Source of the DNA: the human T2T-CHM13v2.0 reference genome, Homo sapiens | Strand: one strand, 5' to 3' | DNA: 64,000 nucleotides | Assembly: GCF_009914755.1 (NCBI RefSeq) | Contig: NC_060926.1 | Part shown: piece after piece, positions 16,576 to 32,345 of the stretch | Position numbering within the stretch: the first letter of the stretch is position 1 | Layout: each line of letters starts with the position of its first letter | Program-made: the position numbers and the translations under genes | Notes under the pieces: generated by a model | What the model saw: the letters and a program-made list of their open reading frames with translations, nothing else | Told to the model about the DNA's origin: nothing | The model's database searches: none

Positions 16576-16748
16576 CAGTGGTTATCAAAGGGTTGGTTTT
16601 ACAACGCTTTTTACTCTTAAAAATTACTGAAGATTCCATAGTGCTTTTATTTATGTGGGCTATATCTATTGATATTAACTGTACTAGAAATTATACCTGA
16701 GACTTTTTTTATAGCACAAAAATGCAAAAGCACATGTTCTGTTAGCCT
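16576..16748. mobile_element. hAT-Charlie fragment (MER119/Charlie1-end-like)
   Basis: cagtggttatcaaa..actcttaaaaattactgaaga..ttttatttatgtggg.tatatctattgatatt..tagaaatt..agcacatgttctgttagcc. Confidence 0.7.
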
Positions 16749-16749
16749 T

Positions 16750-17407
16750 CAGTTTTCTGAAATGCCTTTGAAGGCTTTTCTCCATTGTCTTACCTATTAG
16801 CACTTGGCTCCTTTTTACTCATGCAAATTTCTGCAGCCCACTTGAATTCCTCCCTTGAAAATGGGCTTTTCTTTCCTACCACATAGCCAGACTGCAAATT
16901 TTTCATACTTACATGCTCCACTTCCCTTTTAAATATAAGTTCTAGTTTTAAGTCATTTATATGATCTTGCACCTGAGCACAGGGTGGTAGAAGCAGCCAT
17001 GCTGCACTTTGAAGGTTTTTCTTTTTAGAAATTTCTTCCACCAGATACCCTAAATCATCACTCTAAAATTCAAAGTTCTGCAGATCTCTAGGGCAGGGGC
17101 ACAATGCAGCCAAGTTCTTTGCTAAGGCATGACAAAAGTGACCTTTGCTCCAGTTCCCAATAAGTTCCTCACTTCCATCTGAGATCTTGTCAGCTTGGCC
17201 TTCAATATTCATATCGCATATCACTATCAGCATTTTGATCACAACCATTTAACCAGTTTCTAAGACACTCTGAACTTTTCTTCATCTTCCTGTTTTCTTC
17301 TGAGCCCTCCAAACTCTTCTAACCTCTGCCTGTTACCCAGCTCCAAAGTCACTGCCACATTTTCAGGTATCTTTATAACAATGCCCCATTCCACAGTAAT
17401 AATTTTC
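16750..17407 (-). mobile_element. MSTA internal sequence (truncated)
   Basis: gtgacctttgctccagttcccaataagttcctc, tctagggcaggggcacaatgcagcc and atgggctttctttcctaccaca are THE1/MST-int motifs; contiguous with the LTR. Confidence 0.9.
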
Positions 17408-17832
17408 TGTATCAGTCTGTTCTCTCATTGCTATAAAGAAATACCTAGACCGGATCATTTATAAACAAAAGAGGTTTAATTGGCTCATAGTCCTTCAGGT
17501 TGTACAGGAAGCAAGATGCTGGCATCTGCTCTGCTTCTGAAGATGCCTGAGGAAACTTGTAATCGTGGCAGAAGGTGAAGGGGAAGTAGGCATATCACAT
17601 GATGGGAACAGGAGCAAGAGAGTGAGGAAGGAGGTGCTATACAATTTTATACAACTAAATCTTGCAAAAACTCACTTACTCTCATGAGGAAAGTACCAAG
17701 TGGATGTTACTAAACCATGCATGAGAAAACTACTTCCATGATCCAATCACCTCCCACCTGATCCCACCTCCAACATTAAGGATTACATTTCAAGATGAAA
17801 TTTGGGTTGGGACACACATCCAAACTGTATCA
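17408..17832 (-). mobile_element. MSTA LTR
   Basis: tgtatcagtctgttctc.cattgctataaagaaatacct..ggcagaaggtgaagggga..ccatgatccaatcacctcccacc..catccaaactgtatCA. Confidence 0.92.
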
Positions 17833-18912
17833 GACAGCCTTTACTTCTGGCCTTAGATTAGAGGACAGAAGAAGTCCATGTGTCTCCTCTGTGGCCCTCA
17901 TCAAGGTGGAGGCCACATGAGACTTTGTGGCTGAATCAGAGGAACACCAGTAGTTGTAGTGGATGCCTGAGCAGATATCTGGAATCTTGGATGCATGGAG
18001 CAATCAATATCTAACATGGTAATTCATATCCTAGAGCTTTCTGTTTTCCCAGGGATTATTTCTGCCACTTTTTTTTATGGCTAAACTTATTCATACTGCA
18101 ACATTAAAATTGAATAACACTACCCAACTCCTTGGCCATCACCCACCGTCATGTTTCTCTGTTAGGTCGCTCTCCACTGGCTAACACAGAACCTGTACTT
18201 GCCCTCTTTCTGGCATTCTCTCTTATGAAATTCTATTTACACAGTCAATCCACCATGTGCCACTTGGCATTTAAGGTCAAGGACCATATTCTTAAACTCT
18301 TTATCTAGTTTGTAGCATAAAACCTGTCACACAATAAATGCCCTTTAATTTTGAACTGTATTCATATAATCCTACTATTTACATAAAATAACAGATAATG
18401 TATAAAAGTGAATGATACCCAGAAAACACTCAAATCATTGTTATTCCCATTCTATGTTAAAACATAAAATTAATTAACAAAAATTTTTAGGACACTCGTT
18501 AACATAAGATTTTATCCACTGTAGACAGAGTTTTGTGCTTTTGGAATTAGCTGCTTAATACCAACAGGAACTTGAAAGCTTAATGCTTCTTTTTTCCTTG
18601 TGGTTTCTATTATAATTTTTAGTGGTTTGTTGATCAATCTGAAAAAGAGTACATATAGTTTTGAGACCTCTTGCCTTTTAGCATATTTGCTTTTGAGTCA
18701 GCCATGAACTGTCACAGTTGAGAAATACCCTCCTCTGTGTCCCTCTGAATAACCCTCAGGAATCTTCATTCAAGAGAATGGGAATGTAGAAAGGCTTCTG
18801 GAACAATCGGGCTTTTGTAGCTATCAAAATTGAGATTCTGTAGTTCTAAGATGGGCCCAAAATTGCTTCTCACCAACTAGAGTTCTTGGTACACAATTTA
18901 ACCAATTTTTAA

Positions 18913-19220
18913 AATTAATTAATTAATAATTTTTGAGACAGAGTCTCTCTCTCTGTTGCCCAGACTGGAGTGCAGTGGTACCACCTCAGGTCACTGCAAC
19001 CTATGACTCCTGGGTTCAAGTGAATCCCCTGCCTCAGCCTCCTGAGTAGCTGGGACTAGAGGCGCATGCCACCACACCTGGCTTATTTTTTGTATTTTTA
19101 GTAGAGATGGAGTTTTGCCATGTTGGCCATGGCTGGTCTCCAACTCCTGGCTTCAAGTGATCTGCCTGTCTTGGCCTCCCAAAGTGGTGGGATTACAGGC
19201 ATGAACCACCATGCCTGGCC
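18913..19220 (-). mobile_element. Alu (AluSz/Jb-like)
   Basis: Full antisense dimer flanked by aattttt direct repeats. Confidence 0.93.
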
Positions 19221-19920
19221 AATTTTTTTACCAAATGTTTATGACATTGAGCAAGTCATTTGACTTCAAAGCCTCAGTTTCCTCAACTGCAAACAATCGG
19301 AGTGACACTGCCTCATCAGATTGTCAGTTGATTTTATTCCTTCTGTCTTTCCCTTTTGAGAATTTCATTTTAAATACAAGGAACATGTAAACCAGAAAGG
19401 GATTTTAGTTCTGTGGGCCTTTCTGCTGGTAACTAATGAAACCACTTAAGCATATTTTCTGTCAGTATTCCTAGAAAAGTGAGAGAGTTTCAAGAGGGCT
19501 GAGAAATATTCTGATCTAGAATGTACTCCCCAAAAATGTAATCCACTGAACATCAGTAGGTTTGCTGAGCCTTTAACACAAAAAACATACAGGGTGAATC
19601 TTAAGGAGGAGAACATAGTTTCAAGACTTACTTAATCATGGGACACTTTTCAAAAACAAAACTTACGTGTTGTAAAATTTTTAGATGTGCTAGGGTAATT
19701 TGCTACCTCATATTTCAGAGGACAATAAGGTCTATAGAGGGTAAGTAACTTTTCCAACTCCACCCAGTACACCAAAGATATGCTTTACTTCATCAATGAG
19801 TCTTTCTGCTAATTTATTTTACAAGTAATTTATAATAAAGAGAAAATGTTTTTTATTCTAGGGAAAAATATTCACTTGAGTTAAAAATTTGCCCCCAGCC
19901 CCAGTCTGAAAAACAGCAAG

Positions 19921-20083
19921 TTTTTTTTTTTTTTTTAAATACTTTAAGTACTGGGGTACATGTGTAGAACGTGCAGGTTTGTTACACAGGTATACATATG
20001 TCATGGTGGTTTGCTGCACCCTTCAACCTGTCATCTACATTAGGTATTTCTCGTAATGCTATCCCTCCCCTAGTCCCCCACCC
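19921..20083 (-). mobile_element. Short 5'-truncated L1PA7/8 3' end
   Basis: Poly-T then atactttaagt.ctggggtacatgtg.agaacgtgcaggtttgttac..ggtggtttgctgcaccc..taatgctatccctcccctag. Confidence 0.93.
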
Positions 20084-20679
20084 AGTTTTAATTGCCTTGA
20101 TATAAACATGTCCTCATTGCTCAGTGACTGTAAAGTTATGGCAATACTATGACTTCCCTCTCTGTGTAGACAGAACATGAAAGAGAGCTGAGATGTGCTA
20201 CTGACAAGCTGTCATCCCTATTAGTGGGAATGGTGACATGTGGAGATGGGGCTTGTACAAAATCCTTGTGATAAACCAAATTCATCTGGCTGAAATTTCA
20301 AAACTTGAATCAAAATGTAAACTACGAGTCTAAGAGTTGGCTCGTTCACTGTAATTTTTTCCCTATTCTTGTTATCTTTATTTTTTTAAAAATATTAATA
20401 GTCCTGTGACCTTAGTACATTACTTACCTGTTTAGAGACACTGTTTATCCATAAAATATTAATTATACCCTCTACAAAGGAGAGAAAACTCTAGTAATCC
20501 CCAAACTTGAGTTGGGTCTCCAATAAACAATCCTACAGAAAAAAGGATAAACTACACGTAGAATGACATCAAAGGGATTGAAGCTTAGTTTTGAACCATT
20601 ACAATTCTTGGTATTTGAACATCATTACATTGACATTTAATTGATATGGAATATTTGAATAATCTAAATTATTGATATT

Positions 20680-21018
20680 TGTTTTAGTTTGTTAGTGCTG
20701 CCATTACAAAGTATCACAGACTGTGTGGCTTAAGCAACAGAAGTCTATTTCTCCCAATTCCAGAGGCTGGAAGTCTGAGATCAGAGTGTATTGGGGTTGA
20801 CTTCTTCTGAGATGGATCTCCTTGGCCTGTACATGGCCGTCTTCTCCCTGTGGGTTCATGTGGCCTTCCCTCTGTGTCTCTCTTGATCTCCTCTTATTAA
20901 GCGAACAATAGTCATATTGGATTAGGCCCACCCATATGACCTCTTGTTACCTTAATTATTCTTTAAAGGCCTTATCTCCAAACACAATCACATTCTGAGG
21001 TACTGGCAGTTAGGATTT
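20680..21018 (-). mobile_element. MLT1B LTR (partial)
   Basis: gctgccattacaaagtatcacagactg..caacagaag..gaggctggaagtctgagatc..gtcatattggattaggcccaccc..cacattctgaggtactgg. Confidence 0.88.
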
Positions 21019-21089
21019 GGTATTTGCCTCTAGATCTTGTCTGTAAATTATCTCTGGACGAAAGCAATGTTACCTTTGGCCTCAAATTG

Positions 21090-21840
21090 TTTCTATAATT
21101 TATATATAAATGTCCAGTGATTAATGAGAAATAAAGCAGGTTTAAAGACTACATAGCAGATAATAGAAACAAGGATCCCAAAAATGAAGTCATCACAGGT
21201 GAATTTTAAAATAACAACGTTTAGTATGATCAAAGAGCTAAAAGACAAAGTTAAAAATTTCAGCAGAGAAGTGGAAACAATAAAAAACTAAACGTAAAGA
21301 CTAAAACTGGAAATATAATAAATGATATTAAGAATATAATCAAGGGCATATCTGATAAAGTTGAAAAGAAAATCAATGACCTTAAGGACAGGTCAGAGGG
21401 AAATATTTAGAATGAAACCAGGAGACAGAATTGAAAACACAAAAGAGAGGCTAAGATGAAGAGGGAATACAGTGAGACGTCTTAATATACATGTATGTGG
21501 AGTTTAAGTAGCAGTGGAGATAGAGAATATGGCAGAGGCAATATTTAAAAAATAAGTAGCTGAAATTTTTCCAAAAATTAAAAAAGATATCAAGGCTCAC
21601 ATAATAGAAGCATAACAACCTTCCTCTGAAAAATCACACCTAGGCAAATCGTAGCAAACTGCTACAAACATATTCGAAGGGAAAATGTCAAAGGCAGCCA
21701 GAGGTGGGGAACTTACACTCAGATGAGCAACAATAAGGCTTCTGCTGACTTTTAAATAGAAATAATAAGAAAGCAAGATGACAGAGTTGTGTGAATTTTT
21801 GGGGAAAAAAGCCAACATGGAATTCTATACCTAGAATTTT
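21090..21840 (+). mobile_element. Ancient L1M ORF1-region fragment
   Basis: A-rich decayed ORF1 (gaagaaatatttagaatgaa-like, gaggcaatatttaaaaaa, cacctaggcaaatc, aattctatacct). Confidence 0.7.
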
Positions 21841-22659
21841 AAACTACATTTACATGCTTCAAAAAGCAAAGCAATGTAAGTAAGCACGTGGTGAAAAAAT
21901 CATATTCTCACCTCAATGCCCAAGTGCCTTTTTCCCCAACTGCCTTGAACAGTTACTTTGATTGATTTCTTATATATCCTCCCAGAGTTCCTGTATGCAA
22001 ATAAAAGCAAATACCAAAGGTAGTTTTATGACCCTCCTTTTTATTTTACCAGGAGCAGCATACTCGATACATTGTTTTGCACTTTGCTTTATGAATCTAT
22101 CCTAGAGAAGGGAGACGTTTTTCATAAGCCTGTGGTAATGGACTTCCTCCTACTTACTTTCAAATCACCCCATACATGATTGTGTTTGCCTGAGGCAATC
22201 CTGCACAGACTCACTTCTGTGGATTAATCGGGGTAGACCTAGTCGTCTCTGCTTACCTAGTTGTCTCTGCTTGGAGATAAGTGAATAAGTCCATGGACTT
22301 GATTCTCCTGAAACCTTGACTAGCCTGCAAGATGACGCTGTATCTTTGAGGCCTGGACACCGCTTAAAGAAGTGCACTGATTTAATCTGGTCATTCTACC
22401 AGACACAGAGGAAACAAATATGATTACTCAATCCCTTTTCTATTGGCATCTCCTAAGAATACAGAATTATTCTCTAATTATGAAGCTAATTAGAGATTGT
22501 CAGTAATGGGTAACAGTGATCACTGGGGTCTGGGCTTCGAAATATCCTTAGTTAGGCAGTTAATCAGTGAATTATGTGACAGCCTCCTATCTGGACTCTA
22601 CTCATCTTTTCTTCCTGTTATCCAGGCTCCAAACTCCAACCAGTGATTCATATCTGCTA

Positions 22660-24480
22660 TTCTTTATTCCATTTGTAGACCCATGTTTCTATCTGGTACC
22701 ATTTCTCCCTTACCTGAAATATATACTTTGATACTTTTTAAAATGCAAGTATTCTGGAGACAAATTCTCTCAGCTTTCCCTGGTCTGAGAATACATTTAT
22801 TTCACCTTGTATGTAAAAGGATATTTTCATTGGTGATAGGATTTTGAGTTAACAGTGTGTTTTTCCCCCATCAGTGCTTTAAAGATGCTATTCCACTGTC
22901 TCTGGGCATCCAGTATTTCTCAGCAAAGTAAATTATTGTTTCCCTGTATTTTGCATATCTTTTGCTGATTCCAAGATTATGTCTTTATCTGTGTGTTCAA
23001 CTTTTTGACTTTGATGTGCCTGTGCATGGTTTTCTTGTATCATGCTTCTGTTCTCTGGGAGTCTTGGACCTGCAGAGAGTATACTTCATCGTATTTCAAA
23101 AGCTTTTGACCATTTATTTCTTTGAAAGAGATGGGTTTTTTTTTCTACCACAATTTCATTCTCTCACTTCTTGGTCTCTTATAAGCATAGGACACTATAG
23201 ATTTTGTCCACAGGTTCTTGAGTTTTCATTACTTTTTTTTGAACTTCCCCTGCTTTGTTCTTCAGATTGAATCCTTTCTATTCTCTGTACACAAATTTAC
23301 TGATTATTTTTTCTGCAATATATAATCTGCCATTAAGTCCATCCAGTGACTTTTTTCCCGTTTTATTTTGTATGATTTTAATTTCCAAGATTTCCATTTG
23401 GTTATTTTTTATTATTCACTTTCTCTTCTGAGATTCCCCTAATCACTTATGAAGATCATATTTACCTTAAATTCTTTAACACATTTTCATAAATCCTTTC
23501 AATATATTTGTAATAACTGCTTTATAGTTTTCTCTATTAAGTCTAAAACCTGTCTTATCTGGGATTTAGGTCCTGTTTCATTGATTGACTAGTTATTTTT
23601 GATGAAATAAATGCTAGTAAGTGTTGACTGTGTATTCCATTATCTTCTTACAGATACTTTGAATTCATTTAATTTCCTCTGAAGATTTTTTTCTTAAGGA
23701 GACAAGTCAACTACTGAGTAATAACTTGGAACTTAGGCTAAATTTTGTGTTTTGTTAATGTACATTTGTCAAATAAACCACCCAAGCTGTTTCCCAAGCC
23801 CTTATACTTGATGAGGTTCAAGTTCCAAACTACATTTTTCCTTTGGATCTTGTCACGGTTGTACTAAAGTGGGTGTAGAACATGTCCTACCCTGGGGTAT
23901 AATTATTACTACTAAGGCCCAGCCTGTCTGGTGTCTCAGCTGCACACCAAGGTGTAAAGCATGTGTCAAAGTGTCTCCCCATTCATAATATCTGACTCCA
24001 TCATGAAGTTTTGTCAGCACTGTTTGACCTCTAGTATTGCTTTTCTACTTCTAACCTGGTAGCAATCATTACCTGGTAAACTGCTATGGTCTTACTTCAT
24101 GCATGTGAAGCTAGCCCTTAGCCATAGATGTGTTGGTATCCCTACACATGCTTCTAGGGCCTTTTTTCTGTCGTTTTCTCCTCTCTGATACTTTTTGCTG
24201 CTGATTACAGCTGCTTCAACTGTCTGAAGTGTGGTCTATGCATACTCAACTCGGAAGGACTGCTTGTGCTCTGCTCTCACCTCAGCTTTCTAAACTTCAG
24301 TCAAGAAGTTGTCAGCATGCACAGAAGTGGGTAATTGTGGGGCTCACCATCTGAATCACGATTCTGAGATGATTGCTGCCTTTAGCTGCCTGTTGTCCTC
24401 AAAGAGTTAATGTATAAAACTTTACAGTCTTTTATGATGGGAAGACTATTCTGGTTTCAGCTACTTCATTGTGGCCTGAA
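22660..24480 (-). mobile_element. Ancient L1M ORF1 plus 5'UTR fragment
   Basis: tttctatctggtaccattt, acaaattctctcagcttt, tttaaagatgctattccactgtct, ctttgttcttcagattgaat, attaagtccatccagtga (antisense ORF1). Confidence 0.75.
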
Positions 24481-24489
24481 AATATGGTA

Positions 24490-24865
24490 GTTTCAACCCA
24501 AATATATCAGTAATTATATCACATGTAATTTAAAACTTGAAATAACAATGAAGAATTTCCAGCTGGATAAGAAAAGTAAAAAACACTTAAAATATGAATT
24601 ACACTGTAAAAGCAAGGATTCAGAAATATTGAAAGTGAAAGGACAAAAAAGACATACCACGTAAAAGTCAACCAAAATGTATTTCCTCTATTTTACTCTC
24701 AGACAAAGCAGACTAGTGCATTGGCATTATTGCATTATTACTAATAAGAATAACATTTATTAACAATAAATGTTTCAATTTACCCTGAAGCTATCATTAT
24801 TATAAATCTGTATGCATATAATAATGTCATCAAAATACATAAAGTGATAATTGACAAAACAAGAA
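24490..24865 (+). mobile_element. Ancient L1M ORF2 endonuclease-region fragment
   Basis: caacccaaatatatcagtaatta, ttgaaagtgaaaggacaaaaaagacatacca, tcagacaaagcagact, aaatctgtatgca..aaaatacataaag. Confidence 0.7.
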
Positions 24866-26019
24866 TATATTAGAGCTTTTAAAGGCATCTTACGGATATT
24901 TCAATCTCCAGTTTTTTATTTATTTTTTGTTCGTTTGCCTTTTGCTAGCTCTAAGAGGTATCACATTTTTATAGTCATTATGTTAAACTATTGCCACTGG
25001 TTTTTTTTTGACACTTTAGAGGTAAGTCTTTTTTCTCAGAGCAATCCTTGAGTCAGGTCAAATGAAGGCAAGTCCTGAAAATGGAGCTTTTCAAGCATAT
25101 GTGGATAGGACAAATAGTGACAATTCTCTGGCACATGAGGCTTTTGGAGCGTTTCAAACCAGTTGTGCTCATTCTAGTCACTGCTAGCGTGCTGCTTTCC
25201 ATAGCTAACCCAGTTGTGAAGCTATTGGCTTTCAAGACTACTGAAAAGCTTTGGAGGAGGGGATGGAAATAGGGATAGTTAAAATGTCAAAACTCAGTCT
25301 TCTTTACTGAGATCCAGCCTTTTTTTTTTTCCTGAAACACTCTGCAGGATTGATGCAAGCCTTTGAGTTATCTTCAGAGTTCTGAAAATGTTAATTTTAA
25401 TGAAAAAAAAAAAAAAACACTGATTTTTGCCAGTGTGAACACTGATTTTACGGAGGTCCACAGACCACCATTCCCGCTGACATGCTATAGGCTTATTCTG
25501 GCACATTGCATACTGTATTATTAATATAATCATTTGTTCACCTATCTTTCTTTCCACCTGACATTTAACCCAAGGTTAGTGTGTATATATATAATGCTTT
25601 TCACATTATAGGTGTTTAGAAAACATTTTTCAAACTAACCTGAGCAGTTAACTATAAATCTAAATGAAGAGGTAGAAAATTCTTGATCATAGCAGTGAAA
25701 TCAGGCACACATATTATTTGAGGTCCAGCCAAGCCCTTAGATATTATCCAGTGAAGTCTAACTCTCCTTTTATTACAGACAAAGATAATAAAACCAAAAT
25801 TGGAAAAGCGACTATCCTAGTTTTTATGCGAGGTAGGTCTTTGAGAACAGAGAGGTTTATTTTATCTCAACGGCCTAGGCAAATGTAATCCCTAAGAGAT
25901 TAAAGAACACAGTAGTAAACTTCAGCATATTCTCTTAGATAAGATCTAGCTAGGATTGGCAACTTTTCCATGTAAAATTCTCATGGGAAAAATAATTTAG
26001 TCCTCAAAAGGGACATAGT

Positions 26020-28380
<2,361 letters not shown>

Positions 28381-28898
28381 GAAACTACAATATAGGGTGG
28401 TAAGTACTTTGACATGTCTACACAGTGTTGGCTTAACAGGTGGAAGACATTCCAGGAGAGGGAACATCTGAGTTGATTCTGTGTGGCGAGCAGTGGAGGG
28501 CGGCTGGGGTGGGAGCTGCAAGCAGCTTCTTGAAGTTCTTCCTTGTCCTGGATCCTCTCCTATACTTTGTGAGAGTCCACTGACAGCAAAAGAAGAGTGA
28601 CACTGTCAGGTTGGTGGATTAGAAAGTCAACTCTGGTGAGTGTGAGAAAGCTGGATAGGCAAGGGCAAGAATGGAGGAAAAGAGATCAAGCTGGAGCATC
28701 AGATAAGGCTGATCCCACTGGAATCAGAGTATTTCGAGTTCTCTTCTCCCCTTCTTTTCCGCCATTTTGTCTTCTTGGAATGAGTTCCGGCTGTTTTCCT
28801 TGCATGTGAATAATGATACTTTCTTTTCTCATATCCAAGACCCTTATTTTTTTTACCCCTCATGTGACCCCTCTTCTGTGGATTAATTATTTAGAGTT

Positions 28899-29247
28899 TG
28901 CTATGATGTGAATGTATGTGTCCTCCCAAAATTTATAGTTGGAAATCAAGACCCGATGTAATAGTATTAAGAGGTGGAGCATTTCAGAGTTGATTTCAAG
29001 TCATGTGGGCTCTACCCTCATGAGTGGGATTAATGCCTTTATAAAAGGGCTCCAGGGAACTATCTAGGTCCCTTCTGCCCTTCCATCCCTTCTGCCATGT
29101 AAAGACACAGCAAGAGGTGTCATCCTCAGTGCAGAGAACAGCCCTCACCAGACACAGAATCTGCTGTCACCTTGATCTTGGACTTCCAGCCTCCAGAACT
29201 GTGAGAAATAAATTTCTGTTCTTTAGAAATTAACCAGTTTCAGGTAT
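28899..29247 (+). mobile_element. MSTD/MLT1A-like LTR
   Basis: tgctatg..gtcctcccaaaatt..ccctcatgagtgggattaatgcc..gccctcaccagacacagaatctgctg.caccttgatcttggacttccagcctccagaactgtgagaaataaa. Confidence 0.9.
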
Positions 29248-30607
29248 AACAAACTTACATGAGATCACAGGGCATTAGTTAAAGAACTTGTGTGTGAGCC
29301 TCAGAATAAATAACAAATTTCATAAAATTGAGCACTGTTTTCCAAACACAGTATTTGCTGTATTATGTGTGTTAATGCTTAAGGCAAGTTTTGTGGAGCC
29401 TACTCATCATCTCTAAGCCCACAAAAGACATAAAGGTTGGAAAAACTATGCCTGGTTACACCGCATTTTAAATTGAGGTCTTGCCACCGAGACACTGTCT
29501 CTAAAATTGGTCCCATACGGTCCCGGCTATATGGTACAAGGACAAAAAAATGAGATTTGAGATCAGCTTGTCTTGAGCAGTTTTTTACTTCTTTGCTCTT
29601 TATCATTAGGCAATTTATTTAGCTTCTTATGCCTATGAAGAGCTTGGCATAGAATGGAAGCTCGGGAAGTGGTAATTTCCTTCCACAGTTTATCTGACAG
29701 TCCTTTCTACAGGGATGATGCACATAGTGACCTGACAGTTCCCATCGGTATCCCACCATATCTCTTCCATTCCTTGCAAAAGGGCAGCTACACCTTGAGT
29801 CCTTTTCTGAATGAGGGACTGATGTGAACTGTCCAACTTACTCACCAATAAAGACTGCCAGAGATAGACTTCCTTGCCTATGTAGAAAAAAAGTAAACCG
29901 AGGAAAATGGGCAGAAAAGAAACCTCTTGACGTTTGTTTGAAATTAACCCACTTGGGTGACCACAGTAATGAACTACTTCTCCCACACATACTGGTGCCT
30001 AGTTTCACTGGATTGGCAGCTTTGATCCGGAAATCCCAGGTGCCTGAGTGAGGACAGAGCTATGAAAATTCAAGCGGGATGACATTTTCCAAGGAGAGTT
30101 GGATTAGTGCAGGGGAAAATGCTGCCAAGCTGAAAACCTTTTAGTATGGAGGAACGAGAAACTGCATAAGCAACATCATACCTGCAACATGAGTTTATTC
30201 ACAGTGAAGAGCTGGTGACCTTTGTGTGAAGGAAACTTGGGCTCCGCAGCCGACGTTTTCCTGTGTCTAATGCTAATGTTCCCCTTCTAATGCAAAACCA
30301 GCTGCAAAACTCATCTGCACTCTTCTCATGCTTTTCTTCTCCTTCCTGCTCTGGTTATTTTTTTTCCGGGCACACTTCTTACACTGTCAGAACTTAATAT
30401 TATTTTACAACCCTGAGCCAAACCTTGGGAGCTTGAAGAATAGCTGAGAGGCAGACACACAAGCATGAACTGACCCCCTTTTAACACACACGTGGCTCTT
30501 AAGATAGGGGAAAAAGAAACCCAGGACTCTGCTGGTGTTGTGGGAAATGGTTTGTCCTTATCTGAACTCAGTTTGTGTTGGTTGGGGGCTTCTTAAGGAA
30601 CTCCCTT

Positions 30608-30618
30608 TGCTGAGTCAC
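30608..30618 (-). promoter_or_regulatory. Consensus ARE/NF-E2 (CNC-sMAF) motif
   Basis: TGCTGAGTCAC, i.e. GTGACTCAGCA on minus, in non-repeat DNA; motif match only, function unproven. Confidence 0.35.
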
Positions 30619-31129
30619 TCTCTCAAGGACATTCTGAGGGTGATAAACTCAGAGCATGTGAGATACAGGACTACAGGACAGGAAAAAAAGGACTCTGCTA
30701 AGGCCATGAAGCCCAGGAACTTTCTCCACATTCTCTAATCTTTACACAGTCCTAAAGGGTGAGTAGCATTAATCCCATTTGTGTAGATGAGAAAGTGGGT
30801 TCAGAAAGTTTTACTGCTCTAGTGTCACAGACTTAGCAATGATAAAGTCCAGGATTTGTATCTAGATTTACTTACCTTCAATACCATGATGGCAATAATG
30901 GCCATTTACTGAGCATCGAACATGTCCCACATACTCTAAGGACTTCATGTCTATTTCTCTCATTATTCTTTGTAATTCTATCATCATACCAATTTTAAGG
31001 TTAAAAAAAAACATCCTTAGTGAGGTTTTATTACTTGTTCATGTCTATCTGGGATGAGACTTTATATGATAAAGAAAAAGCGCAAAGCAAATGAGAGCTA
31101 AATGTTCCTCTTGCCCATGCCACAGGTGT

Positions 31130-31430
31130 TCCAATAGCACAATCTTCAATTACTAGCTTTGATCTTGAAGAATTTCATAATAAGAACCTAATAATTAGGA
31201 TGCAATTGAGGTGCAATTCTAAGCACTTTCAGATCATCAGCAATCCTTCTGCCAACAAAAGATTGTGGTGTGGGGCTAACGGACACTTTATAGTTATCAA
31301 AGGATCACACCCAAGACAGACGGATTTTTCTAATTGTAATTGTCCCTCTTGTCACACCTCACTCACCCAGCTTCAAGGAGTGAATGCATGAAAGCTGCTG
31401 AGAAGGTGAATAATTATTCCAGGGGACATG
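31130..31430. promoter_or_regulatory. Candidate developmental enhancer
   Basis: Non-repeat block with TCF/LEF sites CTTTGATCT (31157) and ATCAAAGG (31296), TAATTA/TAATTG cores, SOX-like ACAAT/ATTGT and RUNX TGTGGT. Confidence 0.35.
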
Positions 31431-31606
31431 TATGCAGTTTCAGTACGTTTGAGTTCAGCTCACATTTATTGAGAGTGAATCACCGAATTACTGGACCATA
31501 GGCATTGTGTCTGAATGTTTCCAAAAATAATTATTTAGTATTCACAATTATTTATGGTAGGTATTATTGTTCCCCTCTTTTCTGATAAGAAAACCTATCC
31601 CAGTGA

Positions 31607-31972
<366 letters not shown>

Positions 31973-31989
31973 TGATTCTACACCGTATG

Positions 31990-32345
31990 TGATATGGTTT
32001 GGCTGTGTCCTTGCCCAAATCTCATCTTGAATTGTAGATCTCATAATTCCCATGTGCTGTGGGAGGGACCCAGTGGGAGATAATTGCATCATGGGAGCGG
32101 TTTCTCCCATATCGTTCTCATGGGAGTGAATGAGTCTCATGAGAGCTGATGGTTTTATAGGGGGAAACCCCTTTCGCTTGGCTCTGATTCTGTCTTGCCT
32201 GCTGCCATTTAAGATGTGCTTTTCGACTTCCACCATGATTGTGAGGCCTCCCCAGCCACATGGAACTGTGAGTCCATTAAACCTCTTTTTCTTTAAAATT
32301 TATCTGGGTATGCCTTTATTAGCAGTGTGAAAGTGGACTAATACA
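31990..32345 (+). mobile_element. THE1B solo LTR
   Basis: tgatatggtttggctgtgtcc...ggactaataCA; perfect 5-bp TSD gtatg at 31985-31989 and 32346-32350. Confidence 0.95.
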
